Positions 40,866 through 53,100 of a stretch of 64,000 bases of DNA are shown here, piece after piece (position 1 is the first letter of the stretch; each line of letters starts with the position of its first letter). The notes under the pieces were generated by a model that was not told the DNA's origin, did not search any database, and saw only the letters and a list, made by a program, of their open reading frames with translations. Origin of the DNA: Macrostomum lignano (Eukaryota); the NCBI GenBank assembly GCA_002269645.1, contig NIVC01001296.1, positions 1 to 64,000 on the forward strand, read 5' to 3'. The position numbers and the translations under genes are program-made.

Positions 40866-41173
40866 TAATTACGATTATATTGTATCTTTGACACTGTCGA
40901 AAACTTTAAATAAATCATCGAATAAATACAGAGATTTTTTAGTTCAAATAATATGTATGTCGCCAGGTTAATAAAAGTAGTTTGATTGCAATCCAAACTA
41001 ATACAAATTATAGTATTACTAGTATTACTTCGTACACGTAAACTCTGAGTCATGATTCTCGTCAAGTTACTAACAGTAGTTTAGTCAGTGCTTTGAGACT
41101 TGGTGAACAAATACAAAAGAATTATTCAATGCATGAATTTGCATTCAAACCGCGCTCTATAAATTTAACTACT

Positions 41174-44100
41174 ATGAGTAGTGCAGCGGAGCTCAATTCA
41201 TCCTGCCCTGTTAGCGGTGGCGACGACTCGACTAACGGCGGTCAGCGCTGGTTGCCGCCTAATCATGACAGCCGGTGCACTTTTCGAATTGATAAGCCGG
41301 TCTGCGAATCGCCGCACTTGCATCAGAAGCGGTGAGTTGCGAGTGCACACTGTACTTTTTTGCGCTAAACGGGCTTTTAGTGGGTTTCAAACTAAATATA
41401 AATGTGTTTATCTGTAGAGGTGAGATCTCAGAAGTGTTTATTCTGTTCTGTAGATGGTGAGATTCCAGAACTGTTTATTCTGTAGAGGTGAGACTCCAGA
41501 AGTGTTTATTCTGTAGAGGTTGAGATTCCAGAAGTGTTTATTCTGTAGAGGTGAGACTCCAGAAGTGTTTATTCTGTAGAGGTTGAGATTCCAGAAGTGT
41601 TTATTCTGTAGAGGTTGAGATTCCAGAAGTGTTTATTCTGTAGAGGATGAGATTCCAGAAGTGTTTATTCTGTAGAGGATGAGATTCCAGAAGTGTTTAT
41701 TCTGTAGAGGATGAGATTCCAGAAGTGTTTATTCTGTAGAGGATGAGATTCCAGAAGTGTTTATTCTGTAGAGGATGAGATTCCAGAAGTGTTTATTCTG
41801 TAGAGGATGAGATTCCAGAAGTGTTTATTCTGTAGAGGATGAGATTCCAGAAGTGTTTATTCTGTAGAGGATGAGATTCCAGAAGTGTTTATTCTGTAGA
41901 GGATAAGATTCCAGAAGTGTTTATTCTGTAGAGGATGAGATTCCAGAAGTGTTTATTCTGTAGAGGTTGAGATTCCAGAAGTGTTTATTCTGTAGAGGAT
42001 GAGATTCCAGAAATGTTTATTCTGTAGAGGATGAGATTCCAGAAGTGTTTATTCTGTAAAGGTTGAGACTCCAGAAGTGTTTATTCTGTAGAGAATGAGA
42101 TTCAATAAGTGTTTATTCTGTAGAGGTTGAAATTCCAGAAGTGTTTATTCTGTAGAGGATGAGATTCAATAAGTGTTTATTCTGTAGAGGTTGAAATTCC
42201 AGAAGTGTTTATTCTGTAGAGGATGAGATTCCAGAAGTGTTTATTCTGTAGAGGTTGAGATTCCAGAAGTGTTTATTCTGTAGAGGATGAGATTCCAGAA
42301 GTGTTTATTCTGTAGAGGATGAGATTCCAGAAGTGTTTATTCTGTAGAGGTTGAGATTCCAGAAGTGTTTATTCTGTAGTGGGTGAGATTCGAGTGCTGC
42401 TTCCTAAACTCCCCGTCCCCCACTGTTCATTCCACGGCAGCAAGGAGCGGCCGAAGATTCTGCCCGACATACTGCATCACATTGGCAATACGCCTCTGGT
42501 CAGAGTTAACAATATCACTAAGGAGGAGGGCATCGAGTGCGAAATTTGTAAGCGTTTATTCTTGCTGAAGGACTATAATTGTGCGTGTATATTTTTAACA
42601 TTGATTTTCAATAACTGCCACTTGCAGTAGTAAAATGCGAATTTTTCAACGCCGGCGGATCAGTTAAAGATCGAATTGGGCTGCGCATGATTGAGGATGC
42701 CGAGAGGAGCGGCCGTTTAAAGCCTGGTGACGTGCTAATTGAGCCGACGTCTGGCAACACGGGTGAGTCTCCGCTCATGTACATTCCACTGCTGTGATGC
42801 CCCCGCTCATGTACATTCCACTGCTGTAATGTCCCCGCTCATGTACATTCCACTGCTGTTGATGTCCCCGCTCATGTACATTCCACTGCTGTAATGTCCC
42901 CGCTCATGTACATTCCACTGCTGTGATGTCCCCGCTCATGTACATTCCACTGCTGTGATGTCCCCGCTCATGTACATTCCACTGCTGTAATGTCCCCGCT
43001 CATGTACATTCCACTGCTGTTGATGTCCCCGCTCATGTACATTCCACTGCTGTAATGTCCCCGCTCATGTACATTCCACTGCTGTGATGTCCCCGCTCAT
43101 GTACATTCCACTGCTGTGATGTCCCCGCTCATGTACATTCCACTGCTGTGATGTCCCCGCTCATGTACATTCCACTGCTGTGATGTCCCCGCTCATGTAC
43201 ATTCCACTGCTGTGATGCCCCTGTTCCCAGCACATTCTACTGCTGTGATGCCCCTGTATTGCATATAGGTATAAAGGTGGTTGTAGCCTAGTGGTTAGAG
43301 CGTCGGATTCACGACTTGAAGGTCGTTGGTTCGATTCCCGATCCTACTGGAATAATTTGTGTCTTTTAGCAAGACACTTAACTCTGCATTGCTTCAGTTC
43401 AGCTGTAAAATGGGTACCAGTGTTTGCTGGGGTAATTGAGTTGTGTGGCGACCCCCCCCCAGTCCTTGGACTGAACAGCCGTACGCAGCCTTCAGATGCG
43501 CCGCCGCGCAATAGCTGCGGCTGAGCTGTCGGTTGCACAACTGGCAAATTAGGGCAGATGTAATCAATTATTATTACATGCATTATTGTTATATAGGTAT
43601 GAACATTTTAAGAAATGAAGTCTACGAAATGTTGTGAGCGGTGTCATAAAATTAAGATTGTAGGTTAGCTGCTAATATAAAGGATTTGTTCTGGAACTAT
43701 ACACGGCGCGTAATAATAGAAGATTGATTGATTAAGTGGCGCCAATACTGTTCTACTGTCATAAAATATAATTACACTTGTAAACTTATGCATACCCCAC
43801 TTTGCTAAGTCATCGGTGAAGTCATAAAAAGGGTTACTAGAAGGTCACTCAGCACCTATTAAGCCTTATTGTCTGGGGGTTGCAAGACAATTGACTGCTG
43901 AAAATTTAGGTATAGGGTTAAGGTTTGGAATAGAGTTTAGGTTAAGTTAGGGTTAGGTTTTAGGTTTTAGGTTAGAGTTATGGTTTCTAAGTTAGGGTTA
44001 TGGTTTTTAGGTTAGGGTTATGGTTTTTAGGTTAGGGTTATGTTTTCTAGGTTAGGGTTATGGTTTCTAGGTTAGGGTTATGGTTTTTAGGTTAGGGTTA

Positions 44101-47100
44101 TGTTTTCTAGGTTAGGGTTATGGTTTCTAGGTTAGGGTTATGGTTTTTAGGTTAGGGTTATGTTTTCTAGGTTAGGGTTATGGTTTCTAGGTTAGGGTTA
44201 TGGTTTTTAGGTTAGGGTTATGGTTTCTAGGTTAGGGTTATGGTTTCTAGGTTAGGGTTATGGTTTCTAGGTTAGGGTTATGGTTTCTAGGTTAGGGTTA
44301 TGGTTTCTAGGTTAGGGTTATGGTTTCTAGGTTATGGTTATGGTTTCTATGTTAGGGTTATGGTTTCTAGGTTAGGGTTATGGTTTCTAGGTTAGGGTTA
44401 TGATTTCTAGGTTAGGGTTAGGGTTAGGATTTTGATTTTAAGGTTAGGTTTACTTTACAGTTTAAAATTATGATTACTTAGGCACTTAGGTTAGGCATAG
44501 TCATTTATCGTATTCCTATTGTCTGGACATATCCGCACAAACTGTAATGATAATCTGTATTCTAATATTCAGCAAATTCTACAACCAGCTAATTAAGGGT
44601 CACGTGATTCGCCATTTATCGATACACAGTCATAATAACTGTCTTCTCTCTGTTAACTTGCTAATGCTAGTTGTATTTAAATAGTCAGTCATACGATTGT
44701 CTCGTCTTCCCCGCTGCTGCTGCCGCCGCCGCCGCCGCCACCGCAACCTCCGCTGTCGCAATTGTTGGCAAAGTGCACCTGCAGCTGCAATCCGCGTCTG
44801 GAGGCCACGGCAGATCGAACTGCTAGCGAAGGCCTGGGCATCTGCTGCTGCTGCTGCTGTTGAGAATCTTGACGCTGATCGGGCTGCGTCAGGTTGCACT
44901 CGCTGACGGCCGAGCGCACCCGCCGACCTCCGATGCTGCCGTGCAGCTGGCAGACCGCCAGCGACTCCCCACCCGGAAGTGAATCGAAGCCACCGGCTTG
45001 ACTGGAAATGTCGCTTGTCGGCGGGGTGCGGATGCCGCCGCAGGTGGGGCACAGGCCGCCAGTGCTGCTGCAGCAGTCCTGCCTCCGCCGCTGTCTCTGC
45101 CGCTGCTGCCGCCTCTTCGCCGTGCTGCCGACTGGCAACGGCGAGGTGGCGGAAGCGGCCGTTGCTGCTGTCGCTGCTGCCGTGGCCGCCGCCGACGCGG
45201 AAGCGGCCGCTCGGGCAGTCCGCACCTGCGCCAGCCCGGCCAGCAGCAGCAGCAGCAGGGCGGCCGCTGACACGCCAGCGAAGGCTCTCATCAGAACGGC
45301 GGCGTCGTCAAATTCAATGCGGGACAGGTGCGGCGGCAGCGGCGGCCGATGGTTGGCCTCCCCGCCGCCCTGAAGTCCGCCGCTGGTCCCCGCGCCAGCC
45401 AGGCCGCCGCCTGCCCTGTTGACGCCTGTGCAGTAGTCAGTCCGGCAGTTGATCTCATAGGAGGTGTACTGTAACAAGCTGCTGGTATTGACCAGGTAGT
45501 TCAGGTGCAGATAATCAAGCGAGCACAGGGCGCCCATAGCCGACGGTTCAGCGGCCAGCTCAGCCTGCTGCCTGTACACTATGCACATTCGGTGCACATA
45601 GCTTGGCGGCGACTTGCACGGGACAGGGTAGCCCTTGCTGCCCGGCTCTACCGATCGGTCTCGGAATAGGCAGCTGAACTGCTCTCCGTTGTCATGGTTA
45701 CCAACAGTGCCAGCTTCGGGCTGCTGTTGCTGCATCTCCATCCGATCGTTGCACATTGGCCGATCTCTGCAATACTTAATGGTCACATTGTACTCTGACG
45801 GGTTCGGCTGTCGTTTAGCGCACAGTCTGTGCAGCAACAATTGGCGACCGTGGGCGTCGATGTACATCAACGAGGCGCAGCCGTGCTGGCACAGTTGCGG
45901 ACGGAACACCTCGGTGCGGTTGCAGCCGCCTAGGCGGTCGCATCGACCGGTTAGACAGGGCACGGCTGCTGTCGCTTTGGATTTGGCAGCGTCCTCGGCT
46001 GCTGCTGCCGACTTGATTATCGTGACTTGAGTAGTTCGCGCCGGCATGTGCGACAGCGCGGCCAGCAGCAGGACGGCTATTAAGGCTGGAAGATGTCCGC
46101 TCATGCCTCGCTTGCTGCGTTGGGGCTCGTCTGCAGTGTTCAGTTATGGAGTTTGGCTCGGTTCTTGCTTGCCCTATTCTTGCATCTGGCGTCCTGTGCT
46201 CTCATCACCCAGTCTCTGCTACTCCCATCATCCTGTCTCTGCTACTCACACCATCCTGTCTCTTTTACTCCCACCATCCTGTCTCTGCTACTCCCACCAT
46301 CCTGTCTCTGCTACTCCCACCATCCTGTCTCTGCTACTATCACCATCCTGTCTCTGCTACTCCCATCATCCTGTCTCTGCTACTCCCACCATCCTGTCTC
46401 TGCTACTCCCACCATCCTGTCTCTGCTACTCCCACCATCCTGTCTCTGCTACTATCACCATCCTGTCTCTGCTACTCCCATCATCCTGTCTCTGCTACTC
46501 CCACCATCCTGTCTCTGCTACTCCCACCATCCTGTCTCTGCTACTCCCACCATCCTGTCTCTGCTACTCCCATCATCCTGTCTCTTTTATTCTGATCATC
46601 CTGTCTCTTTTACTCCCACCATCCTGTCTCTGCTACTCCCACCATCCTGTCTCTGCTACTCCCACCATCCTGTCTCTGCTACTCCCATCATCCTGTCTCT
46701 TTTACTCCCACCATCCTGTCTCTGCTACTCCCATCATCCTGTCCCTGCTACTCTCACCATCCTGTCTCTGCTACTCCCATCATCCTGTCTCTGCTACTCC
46801 CATCATCCTGTCTCTGCTACTCCCACCATCCTGTCTCTGCTACTCCCACCATCCTGTCTCTGCTACTTCCACCATCCTGTCTCTGCTACTCCCACCATCC
46901 TGTCTCTGCTACTTCCACCATCCTGTCTCTTTTACCTTGTCTTTTACCTCCCATTATCTTGTCTTCTATATATTGATAATTATTGCAATAGTTGCTAATG
47001 TCTATTATGAATACTTTTAGTATTTAACACACCGTGGCATTTAGCGCGTTGATTCACAGTTTTTTTTCACTAAAGGAGAGGGGGCCTTTTTCGGTCCAAC

Positions 47101-50100
47101 ATTTATTTCTCTGTTGTAGCGATGGACTGGATGAAAGGTGCTGATTAGGGTTGCAGTTCCGGGACTGTAGTAGACCCATGTGGTAGTGCTTGTGTGTTTT
47201 TTAGTGTGCCTACTACCTACCTCCAAGACCCTCTCTCTCTCTCTCTCGGTTTTTTCTCAGTCCTTAGCCGACAATCGGAATGACTGATGATTGCCCTTAT
47301 TCTAATGAATTATTAATTAGCTGATGAGGTGTGCGGCTAGCTAGTTGATTTTTTGCTACTATTGAGTTGGTTATATACCTTGTAGGGTGTGCTGTTCTTT
47401 TTTTGTGAGCTGGTGCCGCGCACGTGAGGCGTTGTTACACGCCAAACTGTACTAGCTAGTAATGCTAACTAACACGAGGGTTAGTCAGTAGCTGCGCCGG
47501 TTCAAGTTTACTGTTTTCAGGGGTCAACTAAGGGATGTAAAAAATGGCTGTAGGTGCCCCACTCCAAACAGAATAAACTGGGGCTGTAGGTGCGCCACTC
47601 CAAACAGAATAAACTGGGGCTGTAGGTGCCCCACTCCAAACAGAATAAACTGGGGCTGTAGGTGCCCCACTCCAAACAGAATAAACTGGGGCTGTAGGTG
47701 CCCCACTCCAAACAGAATAAACTGGGGCTGTAGGTGCCCCACTCCAAACAGAATAAACTGGGGCTGTAGGTGCCCCACTCCAAACAGAATAAACTGGGGC
47801 TGTAGGTGCCCCACTCCAAACAGAATAAACTGGGGCTGTAGGTGCCCCACTCCAAACAGAATAAACTGGGGCTGTAGGTGCGCCACTCCAAACAGAATAA
47901 ACTGGGGCTGTAGGTGCGCCACTCCAAACAGAATAAACTGGGGCTGTAGGTGCCCCACTCCAAACAGAATAAACTGGGGCTGTAGGTGCCCCACTCCAAA
48001 CAGAATAAGCTGGGGCTGTAGGTGCCCCACTCCAAACAGAATAAGCTGGGGCTGTAGGTGCCCCACTCCAAACAGAATAAACTGGGGCTGTAGGTGCCCC
48101 ACTCCAAACAGAATAAACTGGGGCTGTAGGTGCCCCACTCCAAACAGAATAAACTGGGGCTGTAGGTGCCCCACTCCAAACAGAATAAACTGGGGCTGTA
48201 GGTGCCCCACTCCAAACAGAATAAACTGGGGCTGTAGGTGCCCCACTCCAAACAGAATAAACTGGGGCTGTAGGTGCCCCACTCCAAACAGAATAAACTG
48301 GGGCTGTAGGTGCCCCACTCCAAACAGAATAAACTGGGGCTGTAGGTGCCCCACTCCAAACAGAATAAACTGGGGCTGTAGGTGCCCCACTCCAAACAGA
48401 ATAAACTGGGGCTGTAGGTGCCCCACTCCAAACAGAATAAACTGGGGCTGTAGGTGCGCCACTCCAAACAGAATAAACTGGGGCTGTAGGTGCCCCACTC
48501 CAAACAGAATAAACTGGGGCTGTAGGTGCGCCACTCCAAACAGAATAAACTGGGGCTGTAGGTGCCCCACTCCAAACAGAATAAACTGGGGCTGTAGGTG
48601 CCCCACTCCAAACAGAATAAACTGGAGCTTCATACTCGTAAGTACAAGCACCTAAATACACAAGCAGGACTTACCAATGTGAATCGCTTCTTTATATATT
48701 GTTGATAAGTATTTAAAGCATTATAAAAATGTTTACGTCTGGCCGGCTAAAATGTAGAGCTTTGGTTCAGAGCAAAGTTAAAATGCTTATAGCATGCTAT
48801 TCTGAGCAAAACATGCATGGGTTTAGTACTACCAACTTATTAGGTAGTGGCTGAGCACTGCCCGCGGAGCTGATTCTGATTGGCTTACCAGATTGAAGAT
48901 AGAAAAAAGGCAGATGGCAATGCCGCATAGTACTGTGGTGTGTATGCTCACGGCTAAGAATTGATTGTCCTTCTGTGCCTCCATTTCTGTCTTCACCAGT
49001 TGATGAAGGCTTGGACCGCTGGGGGCTCTTGACGGATGAGGCGGGACGGGTGGAGTAGAGTGAAGCTTAGGTTTAGTTTCAGCTCCTTCCTCCTTGAGCA
49101 GTCTCCGGTCTTCAATGCCTGTTTGTCCGTTCATTTCTAGCATCTCATCTTCTCACCTTACTATCTGTTCGCGTATGCCTCATCAGGAACTGCTGGGTGC
49201 TGCTCTTGCAAATTGTGTCTAACTCATATACGACAGTAGTGCAGTAATGTGTCAGTAGCTAAGTAGAATGTTCAAGGCTCACTGATTAAACATTTAACAG
49301 ATGACATGAGCTGCACTATCAGGTGCTGTTTTCCATGGCTGCTGCTGTTCGTGACCAGAGTGGGCAATACAGTATTAAATTCTTCTATCTATCAATCATT
49401 GGTCCCCTCTATTGTCGCTAGATAGAAAATTGAATCAATCGCATTTTTACTGATTTCATTTGAGCAGTGCTGGGGTCACTAGCTACTGATTGCTTTAGTG
49501 CCAAGGCAGTCCAATTTTGAGCATTTGATTTCATTTTAGCGAGTTCAATAGCTTCATTTACTCATTATTTTGCCTGACAAGCGTGATTTTTGCCCGACTG
49601 GCCCTAATGAAGCGAGGCGCAAAGTTTCTCACTTTATTGGCTTGTGTCTTGTTAGCTTCACTTTGCCGACACGATTCAAGTTGACTGCATTAGAGACCTC
49701 CGGTTATTCTACAATTCAAAAGAAGAGACTTGGAGAGAGAAGAGAGGAGAAAGAATAGAGGAGACAGATGAGAGATGAGACAGGGAGGAGAGAGAAGAAA
49801 GGGGAGTGAAGAAAGTGAGCTGATTCGGTGTTAGAGCTTGTACGATGCCACACGGCCTAACTGTTGAAGAAGATACCAACCCAAGTGTTGAAAGCATTTG
49901 TGGTTTCTACACTGGATTACGAGTAGGATTTCAGTCCCATTATATCCCATGCTTGTTGTCCCTGTCTCTCTGCCGTACGGGCTGAGCAAACACGCCAGAC
50001 TCTGTGCTAATATGTTCGCGCTGCAACTCTGAGCCCGGGCTTCCTAAACCATTTGGGACAGCACTCTCTTGCCTGCCTGTCAAATCCTGGCGTCTGCGAT

Positions 50101-53100
50101 CCCTATAGGCCTCTTAGTTTTTGTTCCTGAACTCCCTGGCACGTGGCCTGCATTCTATCCCATCCCATCATTCCCCAAGGTGGTCTCTAGTGAGGGTGTC
50201 ATTGTCTTTTAACATCTAATGATCGCTACAGGTTGACATCTACCCGGGTATTGATTATTATGCTTTTTTTCTTCGTCGCTATTGGACAGAGTCAGTCTGT
50301 ATTCTGAGCCTCTCTATCAGCAGTCGGACAGAGTCAGTGTGTATTCTGAGCCTCTCTATCAGCAGTCGGATAGAGTCAGTGTGTATTCTGAGCCTCTCTA
50401 TCAGCAGTCGGATAGAGTCAGTGTGTATTCTGAGCCTCTCTATCAGCAGTCGGACAGAGTCAGTGTGTATTCTGAGCCTCTCTATCAGCAGTCGGACAGA
50501 GTCAGTGTGTATTCTGAGCCTCTCTATCAGCAGTCGGACAGAGTCAGTGTGTATTCTGAGCCTCTCTATCAGCAGTCGGATAGAGTCAGTGTGTATTCTG
50601 AGCCTCTCTATCAGCAGTCGGACAGAGTCAGTGTGTATTCTGGCATTCCCAGATATATCAGGAAATATATTATAGAGCAATTGTTTCAGAAATTGTAGCT
50701 TTAAAAAGGAGCGAGCAGTTCGTTGCAGCTTGTGTCTATTTTTCGTCTTCCATATTTAGCTGGGGAAAAACATTTTCCCAAACGCTTGCACGGTGACAAC
50801 TCAGCTTCCCCATGGCGTTTCCTGAGCTGATGTCGTGCCCATTGTTTTAAGTCTTTTTTCTTTCATGTTTTTTGCTGCTGAATTTCTGCTGGCTACAAAA
50901 AATAAAATTAATTTCTGCTGCGAGTTAGGACTTTTGTTTGGTTGCACTTTTGTGTACCGGCTTGCTTGACATTCAACGATTTGCCTTAGCTGATGGGGAT
51001 TTACCACCATTGCTGATGGGGATTTACCACCATTGCTGATGGGGATTTACCACCATTGCTGATGGGGATTTACCATTGCTGATGGGGATTTACCACCATT
51101 GCTGATGGGGATTTACCACCATTGCTGATGGGGATTTACCATTGCTGATGGGGATTTACCATTGCTGATGGGGATTTACCACCATTGCTGATGGGGATTT
51201 ACCACCATTGCCGATGGGGATTTACCACCATTGCTGATGGGGATTTACCACCATTGCTGATGGGGATTTACCACCATTGCCGATGGGGATTTACCACCAT
51301 TGCTGATGGGGATTTACCACCATTGCTGATGGGGATTTACCACCATTGCTGATGGGGATTTACCACCATTGCTGATGGGGATTTACCACCATTGCTGATG
51401 GGGATTTACCACCATTGCTGATGGGGATTTACCATTGCTGATGGGGATTTACCATTGCTGATGGGGATTTACCACCATTGCTGATGGGGATTTACCACCA
51501 TTGCTGATGGGGATTTACCACCATTGCTGATGGGGATTTACCACCATTGCCGATGGGGATTTACCACCATTGCTGATGGGGATTTACCACCATTGCTGAT
51601 GGGGATTTACCACCATTGCTGATGGGGATTTACCACCATTGCTGATGGGGATTTACCATTGCTGATGGGGATTTACCACCATTGCTGATGGTGATTTACC
51701 ACCATTGCTGATGGGGATTTACCACCATTGCTGATGGTGATTTACCACCATTGCTGATGGGGATTTACCACCATTGCTGATGGTGATTTACCACCATTGC
51801 TGATGGGGATTTACCACCATTGCTGATGGGGATTTACCATTGCTGATGGTGATTTACCATTGCTGATGGTGATTTACCACCATTGCTGATGGGGATTTAC
51901 CACCATTGCTGATGGGGATTTACCATTGCTGATGGGGATTTACCACCATTGCTGATGGGGATTTACCATTGCTGATGGTGATTTACCATTGCTGATGGTG
52001 ATTTACCATTGCTGATGGGGATTTACCATTGCTGATGGGGATTTACCATTGCTGATGGGGATTTACCATTGCTGATGGTGATTTACCATTGCTGATGGTG
52101 ATTTACCATTGCTGATGGGGATTCACCATTGATAATGGGGATTTACCATTGCTGATGGTGATTTACCATTGCTGATGGTGATTTACCATTGCTGATGGTG
52201 ATTTACCATTGCTGATGGCGATTTACCATTGCTGATTAGGATTTACCATTGCTGATGAGGATTTACCATTGCTGATGGGGATTCACCATTGCTGATGAGG
52301 ATTTACCATTGCTGATTAGGATTTACCATTGCTGATTAGGATTTACCATTGCTGATTAGGATTTACCATTGCTGATTAGGATTTACCATTGCTGATTAGG
52401 ATTCACCATTGCTGATTAGGATTTACCATTGCTGATTAGGATTTACCATTGCTGATTAGGATTTACCATTGCTGATTAGGATTTACCATTGCTGATGGTG
52501 ATTTACCACCATTGCTGATGGGGATTTACCACCATTGCTGATGGGGATTTACCATTGCTGATGGTGATTTACCACCATTGCTGATGGGGATTTACCATTG
52601 CTGATTAGGATTTACCATTGCTGATGGGGATTTACCATTGCTGATGGGGATTTACCATTGCTGATGGGGATTTACCATTGCTGATGGTGATTTACCACCA
52701 TTGCTGATGGGGATTTACCATTGCTGATGGTGATTTACCATTGCTGATGGTGATTTACCATTGCTGATGGGGATTTACCATTGCTGATGGGGATTTACCA
52801 TTGCTGATGGGGATTTACCATTGCTGATGGTGATTTACCATTGCTGATGGGGATTTACCATTGCTGATGGGGATTCACCATTGATAATGGGGATTTACCA
52901 TTGCTGATGGTGATTTACCATTGCTGATGGTGATTTACCATTGCTGATGGTGATTTACCATTGCTGATGGCGATTTACCATTGCTGATGGGGATTTACCA
53001 TTGCTGATGAGGATTTACCATTGCTGATGGGGATTCACCATTGCTGATGAGGATTTACCATTGCTGATTAGGATTTACCATTGCTGATTAGGATTTACCA

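Noticed and set aside
43276-43350. tRNA-Val(CAC) gene
   Set aside because: Anticodon and acceptor stems pair poorly and the sequence continues into a SINE body with tail and TSD.
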